From the IMG/VR virus record IMGVR_UViG_3300034190_001214, positions 1 to 57,994 of that record: DNA of 57,994 nucleotides, one strand, 5' to 3'. The position numbers and the translations under genes are program-made. This stretch comes from a virus. Its lineage: Duplodnaviria; Caudoviricetes. The notes under the pieces were generated by a model. It did no database searches. It saw only the letters and a program-made list of their open reading frames with translations, and was not told the DNA's origin. Numbering within the stretch: position 1 is the stretch's first letter; every line of letters begins with the position of its first letter. This document shows, piece by piece, positions 1 through 8,636 of the stretch.

Positions 1-1022
1 ATCTGTTCTATAATCTGTAATCTATTTTCTAAGTTTTGTATTTCTATATCTAAATCATTTAAACCATCTTGATATTCGATTACCTTATCTTCTCTTTGTT
101 TAATAACATTTGTTTTAAATTCATTTGTAATAACTTGGTCACAAGTTGGACACTCATCATTGTTCAGAAAAAATTCTACATCTTTTTCTTCTCTTGATTT
201 TTTAGTACTAATTGTAGAATGTAGTTTATTTAATTTCTTTAGTTTCTTAGAAATGTTTGATTGTTCTGATACTTCTGTTAATAAACCATCATTTAAATTT
301 TCTAATTCTGTTTTGTCTGATAAATATTTTGATATCGTTTTCTTATTTAAATCAATTTTTTCATTATTGTTTTTAATAATTTTATCTTTGTTTTGTTCTA
401 AATCATTTATATACTGTTCTTGTAGTTCTATTTTTTGTAGAGTGAGTTCAGTATTATCATCAATTGATTTGATATCATCATTTATCTCTTTAATTTTATT
501 TTTAACAAGAAGATTCATACTTGAAAATATTTTAATATCTAATATATCTTCTACAACTTCTCTACGATGAGATGATGATAGTTTCATAAAAGGTACAAAG
601 GTAGAACTACCTAAAATAACAACTTGAGTAAAACTTCTATAGTTTAATTTTAAAATACTTTGTTCTAAATGTTTTTGGTAATCTAAATTACTTGCGTCTT
701 GGTTTAACATTAAGTTATCACAATATATTTCAAACTTGTTAGGTTTCATACAACGAATAATTTTATATTCTTTTGTACCAATAGAAAATTCAACTTGTAC
801 TTCTCCATTCTGTTCATTGATTGAATTAAGTAATTGTGTTTTACTTATTTGTCTAAATGGTCTATTGAATAATGCAAAACAGATTGCGTCAAGTATCGTT
901 GACTTACCTGCGCCATTTTCACCAACGATTAAAGTTGTATTGTGTGTATTCAAATCAACTTCGGTCATACTATTCCCTGTGGAAAGTATGTTCTTCCATC
1001 TAACTTTTTTAAATATTATCAT
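1..1022 (-). CDS. gp46: Recombination endonuclease ATPase subunit (T4 gp46 / SbcC-Rad50-like), N-terminal part; runs off the window start
   Basis: Not in the ORF track. Minus frame from ATG 1022 reads MIIFKKVRWKNILSTGN...IVGENGAGKSTILDAICFALFNRPFR (Walker A), then coiled coil; directly downstream of gp47. Confidence 0.93.
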   Translation of the reverse strand, partial: MIIFKKVRWKNILSTGNSMTEVDLNTHNTTLIVGENGAGKSTILDAICFALFNRPFRQISKTQLLNSINEQNGEVQVEFSIGTKEYKIIRCMKPNKFEIYCDNLMLNQDASNLDYQKHLEQSILKLNYRSFTQVVILGSSTFVPFMKLSSSHRREVVEDILDIKIFSSMNLLVKNKIKEINDDIKSIDDNTELTLQKIELQEQYINDLEQNKDKIIKNNNEKIDLNKKTISKYLSDKTELENLNDGLLTEVSEQSNISKKLKKLNKLHSTISTKKSREEKDVEFFLNNDECPTCDQVITNEFKTNVIKQREDKVIEYQDGLNDLDIEIQNLENRLQIIEQ

Positions 1023-2076
1023 CTAAAGAATTGGCCTCTACATAGAGGGAACGCATAATCCCCTTTAGTTTATCCTTGTTGATATCTGTTTCGATATCAT
1101 CAATATATTTTTCAACAAGTGTCATTGTATCTTCTGCGTTTTCAATTATCTCATCACTCACTTGACTTGCGTCTAGTTCAGAATAATCTTCTATGATTTT
1201 AACTTCATACGCATTACTTTCATTGAGTAATCTTTCAACAAACTTATCAAAAGTATACAAATCTTTTTTAACAACTACAATTAATTTAACAAAACAATCT
1301 TTATATTCTGTTATATCAAAGTTCGAATAATCAGTCGTTGTTTCATTATAATAAATCTTTTTGTGTATCTTATTTGGATTTACTATTCTTGTTAACTCTC
1401 TTGTCTCTGTATCAAAAACATGAAAACCTTTTGGACACTCATAGTCACTCCAGTTTTGTTCGTATGGTGCGCCTAGATAATATATTTGTCCATCATCAGA
1501 TTTTCTGTGATAGTGTCCAGAGAAAACTAATTCAAATCTTTTGAATAAAGATTTATCATATCCATTTTCTGCGATATGTCCTTTTTGTTGTTCGAACCCA
1601 TTTATTTCTAAATGTCCAATACATATATCACTTTTTGTTTGTTGTAGATAACGAATACACTCTGGATAATTTTCTTCATTAATCCACGGCATCATTAAAA
1701 AAGGAACACCACCAATTTCAACTGTTTCTGGTTCTGAATAAACATGAATATTTTCATAATCATCGAATAACAAATTACAGGAGTTTACATCATTTGTATT
1801 TTTAAAATAAGTATCATGATTACCGACTAAACAGTGAACAGTAATATTTCTCTTTCTTAAAGGTTCTAACCACATATCTTTCGCATGATGAAGTGTATTA
1901 AAATTTACATACTTTCTTCTATCAAAAGTATCACCTAAATCAATAACTGTTTTTATATTATTTTCAACAAGGTACGGAAAGAAAATCTCATCGTAAAACT
2001 TTTTAAAGTAATTTACAAATACAAGATTATCATTTCTCGCACCAAGATGTTGGTCAGTAATTAAAGCTATTTTCAT
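1009..2076 (-). CDS. gp47: Recombination endonuclease nuclease subunit (T4 gp47 / SbcD-Mre11-like)
   Basis: Metallophosphoesterase motifs TDQHLG, DLGDTFD, GNHD, GHLE, SGHYH; gp55-gp47-gp46 order. Confidence 0.95.
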   Translation of the reverse strand: MKIALITDQHLGARNDNLVFVNYFKKFYDEIFFPYLVENNIKTVIDLGDTFDRRKYVNFNTLHHAKDMWLEPLRKRNITVHCLVGNHDTYFKNTNDVNSCNLLFDDYENIHVYSEPETVEIGGVPFLMMPWINEENYPECIRYLQQTKSDICIGHLEINGFEQQKGHIAENGYDKSLFKRFELVFSGHYHRKSDDGQIYYLGAPYEQNWSDYECPKGFHVFDTETRELTRIVNPNKIHKKIYYNETTTDYSNFDITEYKDCFVKLIVVVKKDLYTFDKFVERLLNESNAYEVKIIEDYSELDASQVSDEIIENAEDTMTLVEKYIDDIETDINKDKLKGIMRSLYVEANSLDDNI

Positions 2077-2645
2077 TATTCATCATCATTCATAAATTCT
2101 TCAAGACCTTTTTTATTTGGATTCTTTTTCTTTGGTTTATAAACATCTTGGTCTGGTAACATCATATTACGAAGTTGTTCAAACGCTGGACTTGAATATT
2201 CATTTACATCATTCTTTTGTTTAGTAAATGGTTCGAATGTTGTTCTCTCCATCATTTTATTTTTGATATGTGATTGTTTCTTTTCTTTTTGTATTCTTCT
2301 TACAAACGCATAGTAAATAATTTGTGTAAAATATGCGAAAGGATTATCACTCTTATCTGGATTAAAGTTATAACTATATTGAATACAGTTTTCGATTCCA
2401 TCAGAAATCATTTCATCCCTATAAGTGTAGTTTACAAAATTAGGTCTGAATGATAATCTGTTTGCAATCTTAATAAAACAATCTGCGATGTAGTTTGAGA
2501 CTGGGGGAATACCTTTATTCTTTTTATTCGCTTTTTTACATTCTTCTTTCCAGACTTTCATCGCTTCAAGAAACGCTTTATTATCCACATAATGTGTATC
2601 ATCTTTGGTTAAATTTTTTCTTCTTTTCTTTTTTACTTCAGCCAT
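2076..2645 (-). CDS. gp55: Late-transcription sigma factor (T4 gp55); start revised to ATG 2645 (MAEVKKK)
   Basis: HYVDNKAFLEA, IANRLSFRPNFVNYTYRDEMISDGIENC, NPFAYFTQIIYYAFVRRIQKEKKQ. The track's longer start overlaps a sigma70 promoter. Confidence 0.95.
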   Translation of the reverse strand: MAEVKKKRRKNLTKDDTHYVDNKAFLEAMKVWKEECKKANKKNKGIPPVSNYIADCFIKIANRLSFRPNFVNYTYRDEMISDGIENCIQYSYNFNPDKSDNPFAYFTQIIYYAFVRRIQKEKKQSHIKNKMMERTTFEPFTKQKNDVNEYSSPAFEQLRNMMLPDQDVYKPKKKNPNKKGLEEFMNDDE

Positions 2646-2654
2646 GTTGCTAAT

Positions 2655-2683
2655 AATATAACCTAACTTAATATGTTTGTCAA
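2655..2683 (-). promoter_or_regulatory. Sigma70-type promoter for gp55 (TTGACA-N17-TATATT)
   Basis: Near-consensus hexamers, 17-nt spacer, -10 box 9 nt upstream of ATG 2645. Confidence 0.7.
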
Positions 2684-2824
2684 GAGTTTTTTTATCCATG
2701 TTCCAAACCACAACCACAACCATAAACATATAAAAAGAAAATAGGGTAATAAAAATTTAAGTGTATCTTTGTTTGTCCATTTCTCTGGATTCACATCTTT
2801 AAATATTTTTATAGTTTTTTTCAT
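2663..2824 (-). CDS. Possible 53-aa small membrane protein
   Basis: Hand-translated MKKTIKIFKDVNPEKWTNKDTLKFLLPYFLFICLWLWLWFGTWIKKLLTNILS; one hydrophobic segment; fills an intergenic gap. Confidence 0.35.
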   Translation of the reverse strand: MKKTIKIFKDVNPEKWTNKDTLKFLLPYFLFICLWLWLWFGTWIKKLLTNILS

Positions 2825-2831
2825 TTTACTA

Positions 2832-2859
2832 TTGACTTTCTTTTTTAATTCGTTATACT
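2832..2859 (+). promoter_or_regulatory. Sigma70-like promoter on the + strand, antisense to the surrounding genes (TTGACT-N16-TATACT)
   Basis: Near-consensus hexamers with AT-rich upstream DNA; no + strand ORF follows. Confidence 0.5.
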
Positions 2860-2889
2860 AAAGCATGTGGTTGGGCATGAGGATATTAG

Positions 2890-3270
2890 TTAATGAACAT
2901 CTTTAATAGTATCTAAAGGATACTCTTTTTCATCAAAATCTTTTTCACTTATTTCCTGTTTACCTTCTTCATCTTTAGTCTCTGGTTTAAACAAAAAGTT
3001 TTCATAGTATCTACTTAGACTCTGACTCGCGACACACATTATTAATATTTCTTCTTTAGGGATTGTAAACTCAATTGATTCTGTAAAAGGGTGTAACCAT
3101 TTTTGTAAAATGACACTATCTTTAATTTCACCTTTCATGTTTATTTTAGGGGTGATTGACAACTCAACTGGTTCAACAATAAAAACTTCTTTCTCAGTTT
3201 CTTTATCTATTAATGTGATAATAGATTCTCCATTTTTGAATTTAATAAATGTGTATATCATTTCATCCAT
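2890..3270 (-). CDS. Conserved-type hypothetical protein between uvsW and gp55 (possible Sm-like fold)
   Basis: FIKFKNGESII...LQKWLHPF pattern; position typical of marine T4-like phages. Confidence 0.7.
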   Translation of the reverse strand: MDEMIYTFIKFKNGESIITLIDKETEKEVFIVEPVELSITPKINMKGEIKDSVILQKWLHPFTESIEFTIPKEEILIMCVASQSLSRYYENFLFKPETKDEEGKQEISEKDFDEKEYPLDTIKDVH

Positions 3271-3274
3271 GATA

Positions 3275-4741
3275 TTATTTAGGTAGGCCTATTTTCTTTA
3301 TTGTATATTCAAATTCTTCTTCGTTGTATATTGTTACTCTTTCTAAGAAATGTTTCAATGTAAAATTCTTTTTATCTCTATAGGTAAGGTCATCTGCTAA
3401 ATCATATAGAGTAACCTTTTCTTTATTACTTCCTTTTCTTAATCCTCTACCAATCGATTGTAAAACACGAACTCTACTTTTAGATGGACTTGCGAAAATA
3501 ACATTATGTAAATTTTGTATATTAATACCAGTAGAGAATGTTCCATAAGACGCAACGATGATTGCGTCATTTTCATCTTCAGTAATTTTACGAACTTCTT
3601 CTCTTATATCAGTAGACACTCCACCATAGATAAAAAATAGTTTTCTATTTCCATATATTCTTTCTTTGATTAAGTCATGTAATTTAAATCCATGTTTTTC
3701 TACAAGTTGAAAAAGACATAATGTATTTCCTTTTGTTCCAACTGTAAGGTTTGCGATAAAACGATTTCTTTCATGATTTGAAACAAGAAAATCTATTTCC
3801 TCTTGATACTTCATATCATACACTTGTTTACAATCAAGATTATCATGTTTTAAAAGTAAACATTTAATTGTTAAATCTGCGAGAGTATTTAAATCCATCA
3901 ACTCTTTAGTCTTTACAACCTTTTTAAGATTTCCAAATAATCCTTCTAAAACTAATCTATGAGTTTGTGTACCATCAAGTGTTCCTGTTAAACCAAAACG
4001 ATATTTACAGTCATGTAGTTTAGTGAGAATACTTGTAAGTGATTTTGCTTTGAATAGATGAGCCTCATCACCTATCACACAACCAAAGTCATCAAAATAT
4101 TTTTTAGGAAGTTTGTATAATGATTGCCATGTTGAGATGATAACATCTTTGTTTACATCTTTATCATGTCCTTGATATACTCTTTGTATAAACTTATCTT
4201 TCCAACCATAATCTAAAAAATCAGAATACATTTGTTCAACCAAAGAAGTAGTTGGAACAAGGATTAATGTTTTTAATCCCATCATTTGATAATATCTAAC
4301 AAGAGAATAAATGATAAGAGATTTACCCGAAGCGGTTGGACTTAGTAGTAACGCCCTGTTGTTTGATATCGCATTATGTACTGCGTCTATCTGATAATCT
4401 CTAACTTCTAATAGTTTACCTTTTGATTTTGGTTTTAAAGACTTAATAAATTTTTCTACAATTTTATCATCAAGTTCTTTTTCGTTTTCAATACCTTTCT
4501 CAATAACTATTTCTAAGTCATTTCTTTTACAAAACTCTTTGAGATAAGGTAGAAGTCCAGTATATATCTGACCTGTTGCGGCAGAGTATAAATGAATTAT
4601 TCCATTCCATCTTCTCGCTCGAACTGATGGCATAAACTTAGCGCCGGGCACTTCAAATGAAAAGAACGAATCTAATTCAGCTCTGATGTGAGGTTCACAA
4701 TCGGCTTTGATATAAACCTCATTAACTTTAGATACGAGCAT
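3275..4741 (-). CDS. uvsW: SF2 DNA helicase UvsW; likely start ATG 4741 (MLVSKVNE)
   Basis: RDYQ, SPTASGKS (Walker A), GDEAH, GLTGT, QSIGRGLR motifs. Confidence 0.95.
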   Translation of the reverse strand: MLVSKVNEVYIKADCEPHIRAELDSFFSFEVPGAKFMPSVRARRWNGIIHLYSAATGQIYTGLLPYLKEFCKRNDLEIVIEKGIENEKELDDKIVEKFIKSLKPKSKGKLLEVRDYQIDAVHNAISNNRALLLSPTASGKSLIIYSLVRYYQMMGLKTLILVPTTSLVEQMYSDFLDYGWKDKFIQRVYQGHDKDVNKDVIISTWQSLYKLPKKYFDDFGCVIGDEAHLFKAKSLTSILTKLHDCKYRFGLTGTLDGTQTHRLVLEGLFGNLKKVVKTKELMDLNTLADLTIKCLLLKHDNLDCKQVYDMKYQEEIDFLVSNHERNRFIANLTVGTKGNTLCLFQLVEKHGFKLHDLIKERIYGNRKLFFIYGGVSTDIREEVRKITEDENDAIIVASYGTFSTGINIQNLHNVIFASPSKSRVRVLQSIGRGLRKGSNKEKVTLYDLADDLTYRDKKNFTLKHFLERVTIYNEEEFEYTIKKIGLPK

Positions 4742-5348
4742 ACTGGTAATCTTTTTCTGCACCATATTCTCCACGAAGAACTATATTCCATGCGATTGAA
4801 ATTCTTAATTCATCATCTTGTTGAACAGGCACCCAGTGTACTAACCAACTTGGAAAAACATAACCATGTCCTGCAGCACTTGGAAAGGAAACTAGATTAC
4901 CATTGTCTATATTATCCTCTTTCTTTTGTGGTAGTAATACTTGACTTTGAGGTCTTGGGTCAAAAAATTGTATACCAGATTGATTCTGACTTCCAGTTAT
5001 ATAATAAACACCAGACCAAAAATTATTACTATGTGTATGTGGTGGATGGGCTTGTCCTTTTCTTAGAATATTTCCCCACATATTAGTAATTTCATATCCA
5101 TATGATTTACCATTATTGTCGTACTTTAATCCTTCAGTCGCGGCCTTAGTCGCTTTAATAATATTATCAACTAAAGGAAAAAACATTTCATCTTTATGTA
5201 AGTCTGCACGACCTTGCCAGTTACCCTCATTAGATGATGTACTACTTTCTTTTATAAAATAATCTTTTAATTCATTATTCTTAACACCCTTTCCTTTAAA
5301 TGAGAATACAGATGTTGGAAATAATTTATATTGTTGAAAATCTTCCAT
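4728..5348 (-). CDS. 2OG-Fe(II) oxygenase superfamily protein; likely start ATG 5348
   Basis: HPPHTH, WSGVYY, FFDPR, FPSWLVHWV, RISIAWN. Confidence 0.85.
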   Translation of the reverse strand: MEDFQQYKLFPTSVFSFKGKGVKNNELKDYFIKESSTSSNEGNWQGRADLHKDEMFFPLVDNIIKATKAATEGLKYDNNGKSYGYEITNMWGNILRKGQAHPPHTHSNNFWSGVYYITGSQNQSGIQFFDPRPQSQVLLPQKKEDNIDNGNLVSFPSAAGHGYVFPSWLVHWVPVQQDDELRISIAWNIVLRGEYGAEKDYQYARI

Positions 5349-5350
5349 AA

Positions 5351-5935
5351 TTACATTAACCATACCATTACAGTATATCTATCTCCTTCTGTTACTGGTT
5401 TAACTTCATGTGGATACATAAAGTTAGATGGAAATGCGACAATAGTTCCAGCCTTTGGTTTTTTACTTATTAAACCATTACACATTTCAAATTCTCCACC
5501 TTGATAGTTATCATTTAAATATAATAACATTGTACAATGTGGAAATCCATATTGTTGTCCATGACTATGATGTATATTATCAATATGTCTTGACATAAAT
5601 CCACCTACAGAATATTTGTTTAATCTAAAAGGTGTTGAATGTTGAATAACAATATCTGGATACTCTTCAGTATATTTTTGAAGAGCGACTTTAAATCCAC
5701 TTAACATATCACCATATAGACCGCCTTGGTCTTTTTTAGAAATCCACATTTCATTCATATCAACTTTATCATTTGTCTCTGGTGATAAACCATCTTTTGT
5801 TCCAAAAGTTGATTTGTTCCAACCACCAATAGATTCATAATATTTGATTATACCATCACAGAGTGTAGGTGAAATTATATTTTTATATTCTTTTACAAAA
5901 TCTGTAACCTTTGGTATTTTTGTTTTTGTCGCCAT
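5351..5935 (-). CDS. 2OG-Fe(II) oxygenase, prolyl-4-hydroxylase-like
   Basis: HxD (HID), LYLNDNYQGGEF, FPSNFMYPHEVKPV, GDRY. Confidence 0.88.
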   Translation of the reverse strand: MATKTKIPKVTDFVKEYKNIISPTLCDGIIKYYESIGGWNKSTFGTKDGLSPETNDKVDMNEMWISKKDQGGLYGDMLSGFKVALQKYTEEYPDIVIQHSTPFRLNKYSVGGFMSRHIDNIHHSHGQQYGFPHCTMLLYLNDNYQGGEFEMCNGLISKKPKAGTIVAFPSNFMYPHEVKPVTEGDRYTVMVWLM

Positions 5936-6364
5936 TTATAAAACTCCCGCTTCAAACTTTCGCCATTCAATAGCGTTTTTAATTTGAAAAGTTCTGTTAT
6001 TTAAACTTCTCAAAATCTGTTCTAAATAATTTACAATCGTTTTATTATACGCAATCTTTTGTTCAAGTTCTATCAACTCTTTATCTGATTCTAAGTAAGT
6101 TGAAATATCTGATTTTAAAACTTTTAAATCAAATGGATTTTCTTTGTAAACTTCTGGTGATGACTTTCCACCATAGTATTCCCACTTGTGTTTGTAAAGT
6201 TCTTTGAAGTCTGTTTCAGCTTTCTTTAATAGAAGTGTAAAACGATTATGAAATTTAAGATACTTGTTATGTAACTCTGGAATCTTTAATGATTCAATAT
6301 CAAGATTATCAGAATTTAATTTAATATCTTTGTCTACTTGTTCTTGTAATTGTTGTAAGTCCAT
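5936..6364 (-). CDS. uvsY: Recombination mediator UvsY
   Basis: ESLKIPELHNKYL, WEYYGGK, NRTFQIKNAIEWRKFEAG. Confidence 0.92.
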   Translation of the reverse strand: MDLQQLQEQVDKDIKLNSDNLDIESLKIPELHNKYLKFHNRFTLLLKKAETDFKELYKHKWEYYGGKSSPEVYKENPFDLKVLKSDISTYLESDKELIELEQKIAYNKTIVNYLEQILRSLNNRTFQIKNAIEWRKFEAGVL

Positions 6365-6369
6365 TATAT

Positions 6370-6398
6370 ATTATACCACATTAACATTTTAATTTCAA
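6370..6398 (-). promoter_or_regulatory. Sigma70 promoter for uvsY (TTGAAA-N17-TATAAT), leaderless geometry
   Basis: -10 box ends 5 nt before ATG 6364; no Shine-Dalgarno between. Confidence 0.75.
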
Positions 6399-6409
6399 GT
6401 TATAATTAT

Positions 6410-7006
6410 TTATAGTGAAACTATTTCATATATTTTATATGCAAATGTAACATTCGAAACTAGATACTCAATATCAGAAGCGCCTTGATTATATTCAAGT
6501 GAACCAACACTCAAAGGAAAAACATCTTGAAATCTAACTTCAAGTATTGGATTATTTTTACTTGATAGTATAGTTAGTGTTGCGTCTGAAAACATTGAAC
6601 CATCTGGTGTCGCGAGTCCAGTATCACCAATATCTTTACTTACACTTCTTGTTGTCGCAGTTGGAAATCTTTGAGATTCAGTATCTCTAAATGATTTAAA
6701 TTCTTGTCTTGTTTTTGGAAATCCAATCGCCCTCACCCAATTTTGTAGTTCAATATAATTCTCTAACTTCTCATCAATGATATATGTAATCTCTAAATTA
6801 TCAAAGGTTAAGTTATCACCTTGAAGAGGAATTGTTTTGAATGGTGTTTGGTTATCAATTTGTGGTAATGATATACCTGGTACATTCGCAGTTAAAGTAA
6901 AGTATTCTACTTTAGGTAAAATATTAATACCAAATTTAAACTGTGTTGGACTTGCGTAGTCTAAAGTATCTGGTTGTCTACTAAGTATTCTTGTTGTTGT
7001 TGCCAT
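6410..7006 (-). CDS. gp3: Tail completion / sheath stabiliser (T4 gp3-like)
   Basis: YASPTQFKF, ANVPGI, DEKLENYIELQNW, SDATLTILSSKNNP, FQDVFPLS. Confidence 0.88.
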   Translation of the reverse strand: MATTTRILSRQPDTLDYASPTQFKFGINILPKVEYFTLTANVPGISLPQIDNQTPFKTIPLQGDNLTFDNLEITYIIDEKLENYIELQNWVRAIGFPKTRQEFKSFRDTESQRFPTATTRSVSKDIGDTGLATPDGSMFSDATLTILSSKNNPILEVRFQDVFPLSVGSLEYNQGASDIEYLVSNVTFAYKIYEIVSL

Positions 7007-7013
7007 TTGATTA

Positions 7014-7021
7014 TATTTATA
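7014..7021 (-). promoter_or_regulatory. T4-type late promoter TATAAATA for gp3
   Basis: Exact consensus 7 nt upstream of the ATG. Confidence 0.8.
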
Positions 7022-7037
7022 AGGAATGTTTTAGAAG

Positions 7038-7143
7038 GAGAGTAAGTGTTTAGTTTGGATTTTAGTGTCAGTCTCCTAACTTTCTTCGTGATTCAATCAA
7101 TATTAAACCGAACCCAAACCACTTACTTCCACTTACTTCTCAT
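7038..7143 (-). ncRNA. Candidate small structured RNA (long hairpin) or structured leader
   Basis: AGUAAGUG/CACUUACU and GUUUGGGUU/AAUCCAAAC stems; own promoter upstream; the only ORF is 6 codons. Confidence 0.45.
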
Positions 7144-7147
7144 ATAT

Positions 7148-7178
7148 TATTTATAACATATTTTAGCTTAAAAGTCAA
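7148..7178 (-). promoter_or_regulatory. Dual promoter: TTGACT-N17-TATAAA overlapping late TATAAATA
   Basis: Minus strand reads TTGACTTTTAAGCTAAAATATGTTATAAATA. Confidence 0.65.
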
Positions 7179-7202
7179 GGGGAAACTGCAAAAAGTTTCC
7201 CC
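7179..7202 (-). terminator. Hairpin after the outer-membrane protein gene (probable terminator)
   Basis: GGGGAAACT-N6-AGTTTCCCC 9-bp stem; interrupted U tail. Confidence 0.6.
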
Positions 7203-7222
7203 TTAACACAAAACACTTGTTT

Positions 7223-7855
7223 TTACTTCTGTATCGCAGTTAATTGTGGAAAGTTTATCTTAATAGATGTACCCATATATGTTTCATCATGGTTATTATC
7301 TTTATCTCTTTCCATCTGTGCGAAGAGTGTTAATGATAAATTATCATTGATTTTTTTAATCGCACTTACAGTATGTTCATACTTATTCAGTTTTAACTGT
7401 GAACCTGTATCAGTTTCGTTATCGAAATCCCAATGTGGTTGTAAGTCATACTGAAGTGTGAGTCCACCGATAGGAACTTTCGCACCTATCTTTGGTCTAA
7501 TTCTAAGTATGTCATCTCCCTCATCTTGTTTTAGTCTATACTCTAAAACTGAGTTTGCGAAAAATGGGCCATACCCAAAAGTCTTATGTGTAACTCTGAA
7601 TCTATGTTGATTCTGTCCACTTAGACCAGTTACATATCTGTACTGAGTTTCTAATCTTGGGAATAACTGATATCCAAAAATTAAATGATTTTCATCATCA
7701 TCTACATAACTTCTACTTCCAAATTTGATGTCTCCAAATTTCACTTCAACATTTGTTTCGAATTTGTCCCATTCATTTTCTGGTGTAGAATCTGCGAATG
7801 ACAATGATGTCATAAGTATTAATCCTACAATTATTAATTTAATGTGTTTAAACAT
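7223..7855 (-). CDS. Predicted outer-membrane beta-barrel (porin-like) protein with signal peptide
   Basis: Sec signal MFKHIKLIIVGLILMTSLSFA; alternating amphipathic strands (QHRFRVTHK, LEYRL, ILRIRPKIG, YMGTSIKINF); strong RBS AGGAG. Confidence 0.65.
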   Translation of the reverse strand: MFKHIKLIIVGLILMTSLSFADSTPENEWDKFETNVEVKFGDIKFGSRSYVDDDENHLIFGYQLFPRLETQYRYVTGLSGQNQHRFRVTHKTFGYGPFFANSVLEYRLKQDEGDDILRIRPKIGAKVPIGGLTLQYDLQPHWDFDNETDTGSQLKLNKYEHTVSAIKKINDNLSLTLFAQMERDKDNNHDETYMGTSIKINFPQLTAIQK

Positions 7856-7942
7856 TTTATTTTCTCCTAGTTTTTGTTTTGGTTAATAATACCTATAGAT
7901 ATAGGTATCTTCTTTGAGTTTCTTCTACCATTGTTCTGGTAT

Positions 7943-7986
7943 TATTTATATAAGTTTATATTTACATTTAGTTAAGATTTAGTTAA
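7943..7986 (-). promoter_or_regulatory. Late promoter TATAAATA (7943-7950) preceded by 11-bp tandem repeats TTAACTAAATC/TTAACTAAATG
   Basis: Repeats at 7976-7986 and 7965-7975, degenerate third at 7954-7964; spacing typical of OmpR/PhoB/CtrA-family boxes. Confidence 0.55.
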
Positions 7987-8082
7987 TTATTTAGATTTAG
8001 ATATTCGATAAACACACCAACCAAACAGTGTAATTGGTATAGACCATGATATAATTAAAAAGATAAGCGAATCTAATTCCAT
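7987..8082 (-). CDS. Possible 31-aa single-pass membrane peptide
   Basis: MELDSLIFLIISWSIPITLFGWCVYRISKSK; ATG overlaps the upstream stop (TAATG). Confidence 0.4.
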   Translation of the reverse strand: MELDSLIFLIISWSIPITLFGWCVYRISKSK

Positions 8083-8636
8083 TATGCGACTATTTCCATT
8101 AAAACTAACTCACTTTGACAACATCCTGCATATAAATTATCTCCATCATTTTCTGACCTGTTGACATAAACTACACCAGCACCACCAGCTACATAGGCAT
8201 TTTTACCCTGTATCTTATATGTTACTTCCGATACTGATGATGGACTATCTAAGAAATGTCTATTTAAACAATGTTGTCTATATACCATTGAACCTATTGC
8301 TGTAAAAAATCCACCTGCAAAAGCATTAACATTATTACTGCCACTATTTCCTGTACCACTTCCTATTTCTGTTGAATCTCTTAATAATCTAAAAAAAGGA
8401 TAGCCATCATTTTGTCCACCACTCCAAATCGTAGCATGGATTAATATTTTATGAGATGAGGCAGTTGGTGTGATTGCTGCACTTAATCCAATATCAACAT
8501 AGGTTGCAGTATTAGATGAAGCAAATTTAGTTGTTAATTGTCCCCTTACTGTTTGTACAACAGTTCCACTTGGAAGTATACTTCTTGCGACAGTTCCATT
8601 TCCTAAGTATGTTGGATTTATTGTTTGTAATGCCAT
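8082..8636 (-). CDS. Putative small fibre-tip protein, family A
   Basis: GTVVQTV...GLSAAITP...KIL...LDSPS...TYKIQ...LMEI; paralogous to 35309-35869 and 48986-49474. Confidence 0.6.
   Translation of the reverse strand: MALQTINPTYLGNGTVARSILPSGTVVQTVRGQLTTKFASSNTATYVDIGLSAAITPTASSHKILIHATIWSGGQNDGYPFFRLLRDSTEIGSGTGNSGSNNVNAFAGGFFTAIGSMVYRQHCLNRHFLDSPSSVSEVTYKIQGKNAYVAGGAGVVYVNRSENDGDNLYAGCCQSELVLMEIVA

Noticed and set aside
160-1026. + strand ORFs 160-570 and 736-1026
   Set aside because: Antisense shadows of gp46.
2646-2729. N-terminal extension of gp55 in the ORF track
   Set aside because: Spans the gp55 promoter; ATG 2645 is the more plausible start.
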